The translations under genes were made by a program, and so were the position numbers. A model generated the notes under the pieces. That model did no database searches, was not told where the DNA came from, and saw only the letters and a list, made by a program, of their open reading frames with translations. From contig OZ271854.1 in NCBI GenBank assembly GCA_965601925.1, positions 3,264,001 to 3,328,000 on the forward strand: a stretch of 64,000 nt of DNA, in the 5' to 3' direction. The first letter of the stretch is position 1. Each line of letters starts with the position of its first letter. Below, one piece after another: positions 22,030 to 31,921 of the stretch. The stretch comes from Alkalispirochaeta sp. Lineage in GTDB: Bacteria; Spirochaetota; Spirochaetia; DSM-27196; Alkalispirochaetaceae.

Positions 22030-22997
22030 AGTCCGACGAACTACGGAACAAACTTCAGGAGCTCCAGGAGTTGGCGCTCCGTGAGAATATCGATATTAAC
22101 GCCGACATAGACCGTTTGGCGGAGAAGCTCACCGGTGAAGACGATACGGCATGGCGGCGCGTCGAGTTGGCGCGTCACCAGGATCGACCGACGACGCTCA
22201 AGTATCTCCGTCTTATGAGCGAACGGTTTGTCGAGTTGCACGGAGACCGCGCATTCGGTGACGATCCCGCGCTCGTAGGGGGGATCGCGACGATCGGCGG
22301 TGTACATTTCACCGTGTTGGGGCACCAAAAGGGCCACAACATGAAGGAGAATCTTCGCCGTAACTACGGCATGGCCCACCCCGAGGGCTATCGCAAAGCG
22401 TTGCGGTTGGCTCAGCAGGCGGAGCGCTTTCGCCGACCGATCCTCACCCTCATCGACACGCCGGGAGCCTTTCCCGGACTCGCCTCCGAGGAGCGGGGAA
22501 TCGGTGAGGCGATCGCACGCAATCTCAGGGAGTTTTCCGTGCTGAGAACGCCCATTATCTGCGTGATCATCGGCGAGGGAGGCTCCGGCGGCGCGCTGGG
22601 AATCGGTGTAGGCGACCGCGTATACATGCTCGAGAACGCGGTATACTCGGTTATCTCTCCCGAGGGGTTCGCCTCAATCCTCCTTCGCGACGCGAAGTTA
22701 GCGCAGCAGGCGGCGGGGCTGATGAAGATGACCGCGCCCGATCTCAAACGGTTCGATGTGGTCGACGACATCATTACCGAACCGACCGGCGGCGCTCACC
22801 AGGACCACGAACACATAGCGGGTCGTGTTCGCCAGACCGTGCTCACCACCTATCAGCAGCTGGCGCGGAAGAAGCCCGAACAACTGCTCAAGGAGCGTAG
22901 CGAACGCATACTCTCCCTCGGGCGCTTCGTGGATCAGTCTCAACACACCTCCCAACGACTGTTGGCGCGCCTCTTTTCGCCCAAATCGTCGCGATAG
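22026..22997 (+). CDS. accA: Acetyl-CoA carboxylase carboxyltransferase alpha subunit
   Basis: ELHGDR, PEGYRKA, DTPGA, GEGGSGGA and YSVISPEG. Confidence 0.95.
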   Translation: MKSDELRNKLQELQELALRENIDINADIDRLAEKLTGEDDTAWRRVELARHQDRPTTLKYLRLMSERFVELHGDRAFGDDPALVGGIATIGGVHFTVLGHQKGHNMKENLRRNYGMAHPEGYRKALRLAQQAERFRRPILTLIDTPGAFPGLASEERGIGEAIARNLREFSVLRTPIICVIIGEGGSGGALGIGVGDRVYMLENAVYSVISPEGFASILLRDAKLAQQAAGLMKMTAPDLKRFDVVDDIITEPTGGAHQDHEHIAGRVRQTVLTTYQQLARKKPEQLLKERSERILSLGRFVDQSQHTSQRLLARLFSPKSSR

Positions 22998-23025
22998 TTG
23001 CGACGACTTGCGGTACGCTCCGGTA

Positions 23026-23970
23026 TCAGATTCCCTGAAACCGGAGCCATCCCGCCACGAGTGTGGCGATATCGATCGTGCCGGCAAACCCGGCGACACC
23101 GATGATGAGAAAGGCGACGCAAAAAATCGCCCCCGCCGGACCGACGATCGGTCGCTTGCGGCGTAAGAGTCCGACCGTCGGCGGAAGAATCGCCCATACG
23201 ACGCTTATGCTTCCGAATACGATGCGTGAGCGTGCGGGATTGGCCGTCGCCCAGCGCTCGAGCCGAAACCCGCCGGCGAGGAGTGCGCCGTTTATCTGCT
23301 GAAATCGTCCGACCATGATAAGAATCCCGACGCCGACAAGAAAGAGACCGCTCACCGTTTTGACGACGCGCATATGCGGCCGAAGTTTCCCGAGCAGTCG
23401 CGAGGCGCGGGAAAACGCGACGCCGGTCACGATGAAGGGGAGGCCGAGTCCCAACGAGTACACCGCCAAGAGGAGCGCCGCCCGGGAAATCTGACCCTGT
23501 GTTCCGGCGAGAAACAGGATCGACGCCAAAATCGGCCCGATGCAAGGACTCCAACCGGCACCGAAGGCCATTCCGACGGCTGTCGCACCCAGCCCGTCGA
23601 CGGGGCGCGAGGAGAGGTGAATTCGTCGCTCTACGTTGAGTACGGCTACCAGATCGAACATGACGTTGATCCCCAACAAGATGACCGCGAGCCCCGCGCC
23701 GAAGTTGATCCACCGCACGGCGCCGCCGAACAGAACCATGGGACCGGAGAAGATAATGCCCAGGAGGACGAAGACGATCGTGAATCCGAGCACGAAAAAG
23801 AGAGTGCGAGAGAGAATGCGACGTCGGGACGCTGCGGCGTTGTGGAGTTCGTCAAAGCTTGCGCCGCTCACGAAGGAGAGGTAACTCGGAATCAGGGGTA
23901 CGACGCACGGTGACAGGAACGACAGTAATCCCGCGACGAAAGCGATGAAGATGTTCAGGTTTGCGCCCAT
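23026..23970 (-). CDS. ccdA: CcdA/DsbD-beta family disulfide interchange membrane protein
   Basis: SFLSPCVVPL and WSPCIGP redox cysteines; additional C-terminal TM helices. Confidence 0.88.
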   Translation of the reverse strand: MGANLNIFIAFVAGLLSFLSPCVVPLIPSYLSFVSGASFDELHNAAASRRRILSRTLFFVLGFTIVFVLLGIIFSGPMVLFGGAVRWINFGAGLAVILLGINVMFDLVAVLNVERRIHLSSRPVDGLGATAVGMAFGAGWSPCIGPILASILFLAGTQGQISRAALLLAVYSLGLGLPFIVTGVAFSRASRLLGKLRPHMRVVKTVSGLFLVGVGILIMVGRFQQINGALLAGGFRLERWATANPARSRIVFGSISVVWAILPPTVGLLRRKRPIVGPAGAIFCVAFLIIGVAGFAGTIDIATLVAGWLRFQGI

Positions 23971-23979
23971 ACCGGTACC

Positions 23980-24600
23980 TCAGTATGCGCGTGCGGTCAC
24001 CGATGCGATTTGGCGCATCGCCTCTACCAGATCCGGCTCGTCCCAGTGGCGTATCCCGACCAAAATGCCGAGTACCGTGCCCGATGGAGAGATGAAGTAG
24101 GAGGTCGGAAGGCCGCGCACGCCGTAGTTCGTCGCGACGCGTCCCGACGAGTCGAGGAGCACGGGAAATCGAAAATCGTTCTCCTCGATGAACTGTCGCA
24201 CGACGCTTGAGTTCTCCTGGAGGTTGACCGCGATTATGCGAAACGGTTCGTCGGCAAGCTCCGAACGAAGATACTCCATCGACGGCATCTCTTCGCGACA
24301 CGGCGGACACCACGTAGCCCAGAAGTTGAGAAAGACGAACTCGCCGCGATAATCGCTCAGGCGCCGCGTCTCACCATCGAGTGCCGGCGCCGAAAAGTCC
24401 ACCGCCGCGATGTTCCCTTCGAAAGTACGGATTCCGATTCCGTCCAGAAGCTCCTTCAACTGCGCATCGATGTCGTTCGACGTCGGACGTATGACGTCGG
24501 TCGTGGCCGACTGTGTCTCTCGACTTCCCACCGCCGGGAGTACCGCCACCCGGACCAACGCGATGAATATGGTAAACAGAAGCGCGCCCGTCTTCCTCAT
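23980..24600 (-). CDS. TlpA/ResA-like exported thioredoxin
   Basis: LNFWATWCPPCREEMP and GLPT; signal-like N-terminus from ATG 24600 after GAGGGGA. Confidence 0.88.
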   Translation of the reverse strand: MRKTGALLFTIFIALVRVAVLPAVGSRETQSATTDVIRPTSNDIDAQLKELLDGIGIRTFEGNIAAVDFSAPALDGETRRLSDYRGEFVFLNFWATWCPPCREEMPSMEYLRSELADEPFRIIAVNLQENSSVVRQFIEENDFRFPVLLDSSGRVATNYGVRGLPTSYFISPSGTVLGILVGIRHWDEPDLVEAMRQIASVTARAY

Positions 24601-24620
24601 GGTATGTTCCCCTCGCGGCC

Positions 24621-25328
24621 TCACGCCGCCGATATCACCAGCGCGGTTATATTGTACAGCGTGTGGCCGACGGCAAAGGCGTGGAGGTGGGGTCTGCGAT
24701 ACCACATCAACCCCAAGATCAAGCCCGCGACGAAGGCAAAGAACAACGCAACCACTCCCTGGTATCCGTGTCCCGCGCTGAATAGAAGCGCCGAAAGTAC
24801 CACCGTCTTCGATTCGGCAAGGCCCAGTTGCCGAAACCGAAAGATCAGGTATGTTCTAAAGAATAATTCCTCAACGTACCCGACGGTCAAGAGTGTAACT
24901 ACAAGAATCGGTATCCACAGCACATAAGGGTAGCGATTATCGAGGATATGGAGTATTGTTCCCACCTCTTCGCGACTCGCGCCGTCTACAACACCGACGC
25001 GCTCTGCGATAAACGCAACGATAAGTGATATCATCAAGAGTGTCGTCCACACAACGACCGCGGTTCCGACCGTACCGACAGGTGTTTTCGGTCGACACGC
25101 TCCGTGCATTGCAAACGTGCGTTCCTCTTCTATGTCCAAAAGGTACTGGACGAGGAGAAAAAACGCGCCGTTTCGCAGCGCGAGAGCCAACAGGGGGCGA
25201 AGATGGCCGGCAAACTCGACCAGTGAGGCCGGCGCGGTTGCTCCGGGAATGACGAAGAGGGCGAAAAGAACGGCTATCTCCCGCATTTTGCGGGAATGGA
25301 AGGCCGCGCGGGGTGTGAAGAACCGCAT
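24621..25328 (-). CDS. CPBP (CAAX/Abi) intramembrane metalloprotease
   Basis: EELFFR, FSAGH and HTLYN motifs; start uncertain. Confidence 0.85.
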   Translation of the reverse strand: MRFFTPRAAFHSRKMREIAVLFALFVIPGATAPASLVEFAGHLRPLLALALRNGAFFLLVQYLLDIEEERTFAMHGACRPKTPVGTVGTAVVVWTTLLMISLIVAFIAERVGVVDGASREEVGTILHILDNRYPYVLWIPILVVTLLTVGYVEELFFRTYLIFRFRQLGLAESKTVVLSALLFSAGHGYQGVVALFFAFVAGLILGLMWYRRPHLHAFAVGHTLYNITALVISAA

Positions 25329-25426
25329 GAGCGCGATAGTGCCACGGCGCTTCCGTGGCTGTCCATGCAATTCTTTGCCGACCCCGACGAATTTAGTCGA
25401 TATTAATAGAGTAGGAGAAAAAAGTT

Positions 25427-26560
25427 TTGGCAATCACTATTCTTGTCGTAGCGTTTCTACTGGTTGTAACTACGTTTTTTTTCGTCCAACGCGCCGGCGG
25501 CCTCCGCTTTCCGTGGATTCAGTTCTATATTCGCGGAAAAGAGTCCGGTTTCCGTTTCGGAGAGGTCAACCTTCTCCGGAGAGCCGCCGTCGATAACAAT
25601 CTCAAGAATCCAACGTCGCTTTTTTGGAGTGTGAAGGCGCTCGATCGGTGCATTCGATCGGCGATCGTCAGGTTCCGCGCCGCCGGAAGCGAGAACGAGC
25701 CCCGACATATGGAGTTTCTCAACAAGCTCTTCGACTTTCGCCGCCGCGTCGAATTCGATCAGCCGAAGTATCGACTCGGGCTCACCTCTACGCGCGGCGC
25801 CGATCCGGGGCAAACCTTCAAGCTCACCCTGGCGGGCGGCGGCGTGTATATATCCAAATTGATCGAGAACAACCGGCGCTATATGGCGATTACGTATCCC
25901 CGCGGTAATCCGCTGCCGGCCGGTTTCTCGTGGAGAAATCAGGATATCAAGGCGTATTTTTGGCGGCCCGAGGACGCGGGATACTACTTCGAGAGCAAAG
26001 TCGTGGGAGACTATCTCGATCGCAAGGTTCCGATTCTGCATATCGCCCACGCCGACGGGTTGGTGCGCGCTCAGAAACGGCGCTCGGTACGCCGTGAGGT
26101 CGGCTCACCGGCGCATCTGTTTCCCTTACGGGCCTTGGCGGACGCGAACGAATCGATCGAGACGCGTGGCGGATATCGGTGCAAACTCGTCGATATCTCC
26201 GAAGACGGCGCGGCGCTGGTGGTAGGCGGACGCGCGAAGGCGGGGCTGCCGATCAAGATTCAGGCCGAGGTCGAAGATGAGACGGTCGTGCTGTGCGGCA
26301 TCATCAAGTCCGCCAACTTCAAACAGAAAAATCGTGCCAGCGTGCTACACATCCAGGCCGAGCGCCCTTCCCAGGCGATGCGGGTGAGGATTCTTTCGTA
26401 TGTGTACCAACTCTTCGACGCCGGAGAGACGCGCACCGAGCTCACAGGAGCGCGGAAAGGACCTCCCGCTCCAAACGCGAAGTCCAATTCGCAACAAGCT
26501 TCTACTCCAAGGCAGCGGGCCGCCGCCGCCGCGAGCGCCCAAGAGCGGAAACAGGATTGA
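25427..26560 (+). CDS. Membrane-anchored PilZ-domain (YcgR-like) c-di-GMP receptor
   Basis: N-terminal TM; QKRRSVR (RxxxR) and DISEDG (DxSxxG). TTG start after AGGAG. Confidence 0.82.
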   Translation: MAITILVVAFLLVVTTFFFVQRAGGLRFPWIQFYIRGKESGFRFGEVNLLRRAAVDNNLKNPTSLFWSVKALDRCIRSAIVRFRAAGSENEPRHMEFLNKLFDFRRRVEFDQPKYRLGLTSTRGADPGQTFKLTLAGGGVYISKLIENNRRYMAITYPRGNPLPAGFSWRNQDIKAYFWRPEDAGYYFESKVVGDYLDRKVPILHIAHADGLVRAQKRRSVRREVGSPAHLFPLRALADANESIETRGGYRCKLVDISEDGAALVVGGRAKAGLPIKIQAEVEDETVVLCGIIKSANFKQKNRASVLHIQAERPSQAMRVRILSYVYQLFDAGETRTELTGARKGPPAPNAKSNSQQASTPRQRAAAAASAQERKQD

Positions 26561-26599
26561 TTCGTTGATACCTCCCGTACTTTCGGCTACTATAGTGGC

Positions 26600-27781
26600 A
26601 TGCGACGGCTCACGACAGTCTTTTTGGTTATCAGCGCTATTGTCGCCCCTCTGGCGGCGCAGCAGGATCGGCTCGAGACATTTCAGGCGAGTTTCGCCTC
26701 GTCCAACCTTCAGACCAAGCTCGAGATTCTGCGAGCCGCCGACGACGACGATCCGGCAACGTTCGGTCCCCTGTACGGGCAGGCGCTCAGCTTTGCGGTA
26801 AGCAACGCGGATAGCCTATCCTCGGAACCTCTCTTGCGCGAAATCGCACTCGTTGCGGTCAATCGTATCGCCGCGGGACGATACGAGTCGGCGGTCAACG
26901 ATCTTTGGCGGCTGTTCCGTTCTTACGAGGAGACGACGGGACGCATTCAAATACTGAACGTTCTCGGCGACCTCGCAAGCGCCAACGAACAGACGATCGA
27001 TTTCATGAATGCGTGGGTCGATACGCAAAACAATCTCACCATTGCCGGTACGCGCGTGGATTTTCAAGTCCTTACCGCGGCGGTGGAGTCACTCGGGCGG
27101 ATCGGTTCGGCAAGCTCCTTCGAAGCGGTTCTGGATGTGATTCTCGTCCAATATCCCGATTTCGTCACCGAGACTGCTCTTACCAGTCTGGGCAGTCTCG
27201 ACGGCGAGCCGTTGGAACTCGCCACAGACGTGATTATCAGTAAGAGCGTATCGGAAAAGCGAGCACCGTTTCTCTTTCTTATGGAGAGCGACTTTCTTCA
27301 GGACGCCGACAAGCTTGAGCTCGCCCGCAGAACGCTGGCCAACGCGCTCCTGCTCAGACCGCAAGAGTTGGTAGAGCAGGAGGAGGCGCGTCAGGTGCGC
27401 TTTGCAGCCGCGGATGTCCTCCGTGCCGGCGAATATGCGGAGGCGGCCGGCGAGGTCATTCGCCACTTCAACGAGACCGTGCTCGAGTATGATCGCGATC
27501 GAATCCCGAAGAGTCGATTGCTGGAAGCGATCGCGACGCTCGGCGCCATGGGTACACCCGAGGCGGCGACGCGCCTCACCGACTACCTGGAGCTGCTCAA
27601 CACGTTTACGGAGATCGATCGCCCCTACGACACGCAAGTCTTGCTGGCGGTGATTACGAATCTCGCCATTCTCGATTCGCCCGGTTCGTACAACGCGCTC
27701 TTTTTCACGACGCTCTTGGAAAACTATCCGCGACGAGTCCGCGACGCCGCTCGCGAAGCGATGGAGTCGGTGTCGCAGTAA
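26600..27781 (+). CDS. Secreted HEAT-repeat protein
   Basis: Signal peptide (PLAA-Q) and repeated helical units AVESLGRIG, ALTSLGSL and AIATLGAMG. Confidence 0.7.
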   Translation: MRRLTTVFLVISAIVAPLAAQQDRLETFQASFASSNLQTKLEILRAADDDDPATFGPLYGQALSFAVSNADSLSSEPLLREIALVAVNRIAAGRYESAVNDLWRLFRSYEETTGRIQILNVLGDLASANEQTIDFMNAWVDTQNNLTIAGTRVDFQVLTAAVESLGRIGSASSFEAVLDVILVQYPDFVTETALTSLGSLDGEPLELATDVIISKSVSEKRAPFLFLMESDFLQDADKLELARRTLANALLLRPQELVEQEEARQVRFAAADVLRAGEYAEAAGEVIRHFNETVLEYDRDRIPKSRLLEAIATLGAMGTPEAATRLTDYLELLNTFTEIDRPYDTQVLLAVITNLAILDSPGSYNALFFTTLLENYPRRVRDAAREAMESVSQ

Positions 27782-27790
27782 TAGCGGTAT

Positions 27791-29302
27791 GTGAACGCAT
27801 CATCGCGTAATGCCCTACTGACCTCGCCCTCTTTCGTTGCGGCGGCGGTGCTTGTCGTGGCAACGCTGGAAGGTTTCGATATTCCGGCGCCGGTAACGTG
27901 GTTCTTGGGAGTCGCAACGCTCGCCGCGGTGCCGTGGGTACGCACCGCGGCGCAACGTCGCCTCGCCGCCGGCGTCGCTTTGGGTCTTATTCTGACCGTG
28001 TCCGTTGAGATACGTACCGCGGATGGGGAGCGCGAACCGCTCGGAGCGCTCCCATGGCGCGACGTTGCATCCGTTCGCGGGCGGGTGGTCGCCGATTTGC
28101 GTCCGAGCGGCGATACCCATCGCCGTCTCGATATTACGCTCGATTCGGTGGAAAACTCCGTCGGGTGGCAGGGGAGTGCCGAAGGAGTCGTTACGCTCCT
28201 GTGGAGCGGCGAAGAGCACGTCGCGCTGCAGGACTCATCCTCGAGCGTCGTCCCGGTGCGGGGAGATACCATTATCGCTTATGACGTGCGTTCCTCCGGA
28301 GGGCGCATGATACGGGTCGACCCTCGGCAGTTGCGTTGCGTTCGCGCCGGCGGCGCGGCCGAGATACGACGTGAGGCGCGAGGGGAGGTGCGGCGACGCC
28401 TTGCACGGTTGGAGCCTACCGCACGAGCGCTGGTGACGGCGCTCCTTTTGGGCACCCGGGCGGACATGACGACGGACCTCGTCGATGCGGTACGACGGGC
28501 CGGAGCGTCACACGTCATCGCATTGAGCGGGATGCATTTAGGCGTGTTGGCCCTTCTCGTTTCCCGCGTCTTCCGACTCCTCGGTAATCGTTATGCGTCG
28601 ATGATGTTAGTTACCGTGACGCTCGGCGCCTATGTGTGGATTGCCGGCTGGATACCGTCTCTCGTTCGAGCACTTATTCTCGCGCTTGTCGCCGTGTTCG
28701 CACGCGTTCGCGATCGCGAGGTTCCGCCGCTGGTGCTTCTCGCCCGATGCGTACTCTGTGTATCGATCGTCGCCCCGTCGATGGTCACCGACTTGGGATT
28801 TCGTCTCTCGATATGCGCGCTTGTGGGTCTTTTGACGGCGTCCGGTCGTATTTCGGACGGGCTGACCGAGATCCTGCCGCGCCGCGTCGCCGTGTACCTC
28901 GGCACGACGATTTCGGCTATGTTATGTACCGCGCCGCTCACGCTCGCCGTATTCGGCACCGTGTATCCAGTCGGCATCGTTTCGGCCGGTATTCTGTCGC
29001 TGGTCGTCGTGGTCACCATGTGGCTCGGGATCGCGTTTCTGCTGGCGGCGCAGCTTCCGATCGCGGGGTCGGCGGTGGCGCTCGTTGTCGAAGCCAACAC
29101 GGCGCTCTTTCTGCGTCTGGTGCACCTCGCCGCGCTTGCGCCCGCGGTAGATACGGCGCACGTTGGAGGACGGCGAAGCGTGGTGATTCTTTGCGGGACG
29201 GTGATTCTGACTATCGTCGTCATTCGAGTGAAGCGGGCGCGGCGGCTGGCATATTTCGGTAACACGTACGGAGGAGAGAGTGAACCACAACTCGGTTTCT
29301 GA
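27791..29302 (+). CDS. comEC: ComEC/Rec2 competence channel (no metallo-beta-lactamase domain)
   Basis: ALLLG, GASHVIALSGMH, PSLVRA and DLGFRLS; many TM segments. Confidence 0.85.
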   Translation: MNASSRNALLTSPSFVAAAVLVVATLEGFDIPAPVTWFLGVATLAAVPWVRTAAQRRLAAGVALGLILTVSVEIRTADGEREPLGALPWRDVASVRGRVVADLRPSGDTHRRLDITLDSVENSVGWQGSAEGVVTLLWSGEEHVALQDSSSSVVPVRGDTIIAYDVRSSGGRMIRVDPRQLRCVRAGGAAEIRREARGEVRRRLARLEPTARALVTALLLGTRADMTTDLVDAVRRAGASHVIALSGMHLGVLALLVSRVFRLLGNRYASMMLVTVTLGAYVWIAGWIPSLVRALILALVAVFARVRDREVPPLVLLARCVLCVSIVAPSMVTDLGFRLSICALVGLLTASGRISDGLTEILPRRVAVYLGTTISAMLCTAPLTLAVFGTVYPVGIVSAGILSLVVVVTMWLGIAFLLAAQLPIAGSAVALVVEANTALFLRLVHLAALAPAVDTAHVGGRRSVVILCGTVILTIVVIRVKRARRLAYFGNTYGGESEPQLGF

Positions 29303-30194
29303 GATTCGAGATCTTCTCAGCCGGCGCGGTATCGCACTCAAGAAACGATTCGGACAGAACTTTCTCATCGACGAGTCGTTTCGGTCCCGCATCGCCGCGG
29401 CGATCGCGGACGCCGCAGACGGCGTACCAGCCGCATCGCGACGTGAGTTGTGGGAGATCGGTCCCGGTTTGGGATCGCTCACCGAACGGCTGATGACGCT
29501 TCCGTTTTCCTTGCGATTATTTGAGATCGATCGAGGCATCATCGATATCCTGCGGTCGCGATTCGGCGATGCAGTTCCGATCGAGGAGGGCGATTTTCTG
29601 GATTCCTTGGAGCGATGGGTTTCCGTAAACGTGCAAGCTTCCAAAGACGGAACGGCTGTGGGCGGGGAGGCGGCGCGATCGTTCCGCGAAGACGCCGTTC
29701 CCGTTGCGATCGTCGGAAATCTTCCCTATCACAGCGCGAGCGCCATGATCGCCCGTATCGTGGAGGCGGCCGTACCCGTACCGGCGATGGTCTTTTTGGT
29801 ACAGACCGAACTCGCCCAACGCCTCGGCGCCGAGGTGGGACGAAAAGACTATAGTGCGCTCTCCGTGCTCGTGCAGAATCACTTCCGTATTCGACGTGTT
29901 ATGGACGTGCCGCCCACGGCGTTTTGGCCTCGACCCCACGTCGGTTCCACGGTGATACTGCTGTCGGAGCGTACGGACCGCCCTAACGCCGCCGACACGG
30001 TGATCCTGTCGCGGATCGCGCGGCGCGCCTTCGCCCAACGGCGAAAGACGCTCCGTAACACCCTGCAGCCCTTGGTGCCGCTGTTGGATCGTCTCGGTAT
30101 CGACCCGGGGTTGCGCGCCGAACGCCTCTCCCCCGAACAGTACCTCGCGCTCGCCCGGGAGCCCGACGAGTCGTCGCCCGTCACCGGCGACTGA
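29280..30194 (+). CDS. rsmA: 16S rRNA adenine dimethyltransferase
   Basis: KKRFGQNFL, EIGPGLG, GNLPY and AFAQRRKTLRN. Confidence 0.95.
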   Translation: MNHNSVSEIRDLLSRRGIALKKRFGQNFLIDESFRSRIAAAIADAADGVPAASRRELWEIGPGLGSLTERLMTLPFSLRLFEIDRGIIDILRSRFGDAVPIEEGDFLDSLERWVSVNVQASKDGTAVGGEAARSFREDAVPVAIVGNLPYHSASAMIARIVEAAVPVPAMVFLVQTELAQRLGAEVGRKDYSALSVLVQNHFRIRRVMDVPPTAFWPRPHVGSTVILLSERTDRPNAADTVILSRIARRAFAQRRKTLRNTLQPLVPLLDRLGIDPGLRAERLSPEQYLALAREPDESSPVTGD

Positions 30195-30219
30195 TAACGG
30201 ACCCGTGTGAAGCCTCCTC

Positions 30220-31098
30220 TCAGGCGATATCGTAGCGCGAGAGGAGTGCGTCGACGACCGCCCTGTTTTCGTCTGAAAGGGGCGTCATGGGCAGGCGATA
30301 CACCTCTTCGCAGTACCCCGCACGGTGTAACATGTACTTAATCGGCACCGGATTCGTGTCAAGAGACAGAATGGCTCGAAAGAGCGGCAGTAGCTCGAAA
30401 TGCACGGTACGGGCAAGCGCAAGTTCGCCTTTCAACACACCGTCGACGACCGATACCATCTTGGCGGGTACGAGGTTGCTTGCTACGGAAATGACGCCGC
30501 GCCCGCCCAGCGCGGTAAGCGAGAACGCCAAGTTATCGTCCCCCGACAGCACATCGAACGATTCGGGAAGCTCCGTGAGGACCTCCATCATTTGCGGAAT
30601 GTTGCCGCTGGCCTCCTTGACGGCAACGATGTTGGTGTGCATCGCCATCCGCTTGAGCGTCGCCGTTTCGATGTTTCTGCCCGTTCGCCCCGGAATGTTG
30701 TAAACCACCATCGGCAGATCGACCGCCTCGGCGATGGTCGTGTAATGCCGATACAAACCCTCCTGCGACGGCTTATTATAGTATGGGGCGACCTGTAGAC
30801 TCGCCGATGCGCCGAGCACCTTAGCCTTGCGTGTCATGTCGACCGCCTCGGCCGTGGAGTTGGACCCGGTTCCGGCGATCACAGGAACGCGTCCGGCCGT
30901 CTCGTCGACAACTATTTCAATAACCCGCAGATTCTCCTCGTGGGTAACCGTGGGACTCTCGCCCGTCGTGCCCATCGGCACTAAGCCGGCAACGCCGGCC
31001 TCAATCTGCGCGCGCACTAAGCGGCGCAGCGCCTCCTCGTCGATCGTCTCGTCGCGACGAAAGGGCGTTATCAGCGCCGTATACACTCCTTGAAACAT
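30220..31098 (-). CDS. dapA: 4-hydroxy-tetrahydrodipicolinate synthase
   Basis: GTTGES, PYYNKP, YNIPGRT, VKEASG, SGDD and NPVPIK. Confidence 0.96.
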   Translation of the reverse strand: MFQGVYTALITPFRRDETIDEEALRRLVRAQIEAGVAGLVPMGTTGESPTVTHEENLRVIEIVVDETAGRVPVIAGTGSNSTAEAVDMTRKAKVLGASASLQVAPYYNKPSQEGLYRHYTTIAEAVDLPMVVYNIPGRTGRNIETATLKRMAMHTNIVAVKEASGNIPQMMEVLTELPESFDVLSGDDNLAFSLTALGGRGVISVASNLVPAKMVSVVDGVLKGELALARTVHFELLPLFRAILSLDTNPVPIKYMLHRAGYCEEVYRLPMTPLSDENRAVVDALLSRYDIA

Positions 31099-31117
31099 CT
31101 CTTCGCTCCTTCATCCG

Positions 31118-31873
31118 TTACCGAAATAGATCGTCGAAGAACTCGCCGACCGTGTGAACGCCACCCACTCGATCGATCCACTCCGCGGCTTGCACCGCAC
31201 CGCGCGCGAACCCACCTCGGTTACGCGCGCGGTGAGTGATCTCAAGCGTGTCCGCCGGGCCGTCGTAGTATACCGTATGCGTCCCCGGCATAGAGCCGAC
31301 GCGTGCGGCCACCACGTGTAGCTCCTCCGCCTGCGGTGCCCGATGGAGCGTCTCGACGTGAACGGTCGTCTTGGCTCCCCGTGAGAGGACCTCTTCGGCG
31401 ACGGCGAGGGCCGTGCCGCTGGGGCTGTCGCGTTTGTTACGATGGTGGAGTTCGACAACCGCAAGGTCGTAGTCGCCGGCGCGGCGGGCCAAGTCCGTCG
31501 CGTAGCCCGCGATGCGCTTCAGCATCTCGGCGCCGACCGAAAAATTGGCGCCCCATACGAGCCCGATACCGGCCGCCTTTGCCGCGGCCAGTACCGTCGG
31601 TCGCTCGGCGTCCCAGCCCGTGGTGCCGATAACCACCGAACTGCCCACCTCATTGTACACCGCCACATTCTGCGGCGGCCCGGAGGGAAGTGAAAACTCG
31701 ATCGCGATGGTGTCGCCGTCGATGGCACTCGCCTCGGCGGCTGCTCGCACGGTTGGGTAATCGGCCTTAGGAGCCGTCGGATCGATACGGCAGCTTACCG
31801 TGTGCCCCCGTTCCCGTGCGATCGCTTCTATCTCTCGTCCCATGCGGCCATATCCGACGACGGCAATATTCAT
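31118..31873 (-). CDS. dapB: 4-hydroxy-tetrahydrodipicolinate reductase
   Basis: GYGRMG, GTTG, ANFSVG, ELHHRNKRDSPSGTA and FARGA. Confidence 0.95.
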   Translation of the reverse strand: MNIAVVGYGRMGREIEAIARERGHTVSCRIDPTAPKADYPTVRAAAEASAIDGDTIAIEFSLPSGPPQNVAVYNEVGSSVVIGTTGWDAERPTVLAAAKAAGIGLVWGANFSVGAEMLKRIAGYATDLARRAGDYDLAVVELHHRNKRDSPSGTALAVAEEVLSRGAKTTVHVETLHRAPQAEELHVVAARVGSMPGTHTVYYDGPADTLEITHRARNRGGFARGAVQAAEWIDRVGGVHTVGEFFDDLFR

Positions 31874-31921
31874 CGCTCACCTCCGTTCATGACGCCGAGC
31901 CCCGTAGCGTCGGAGTACGTG

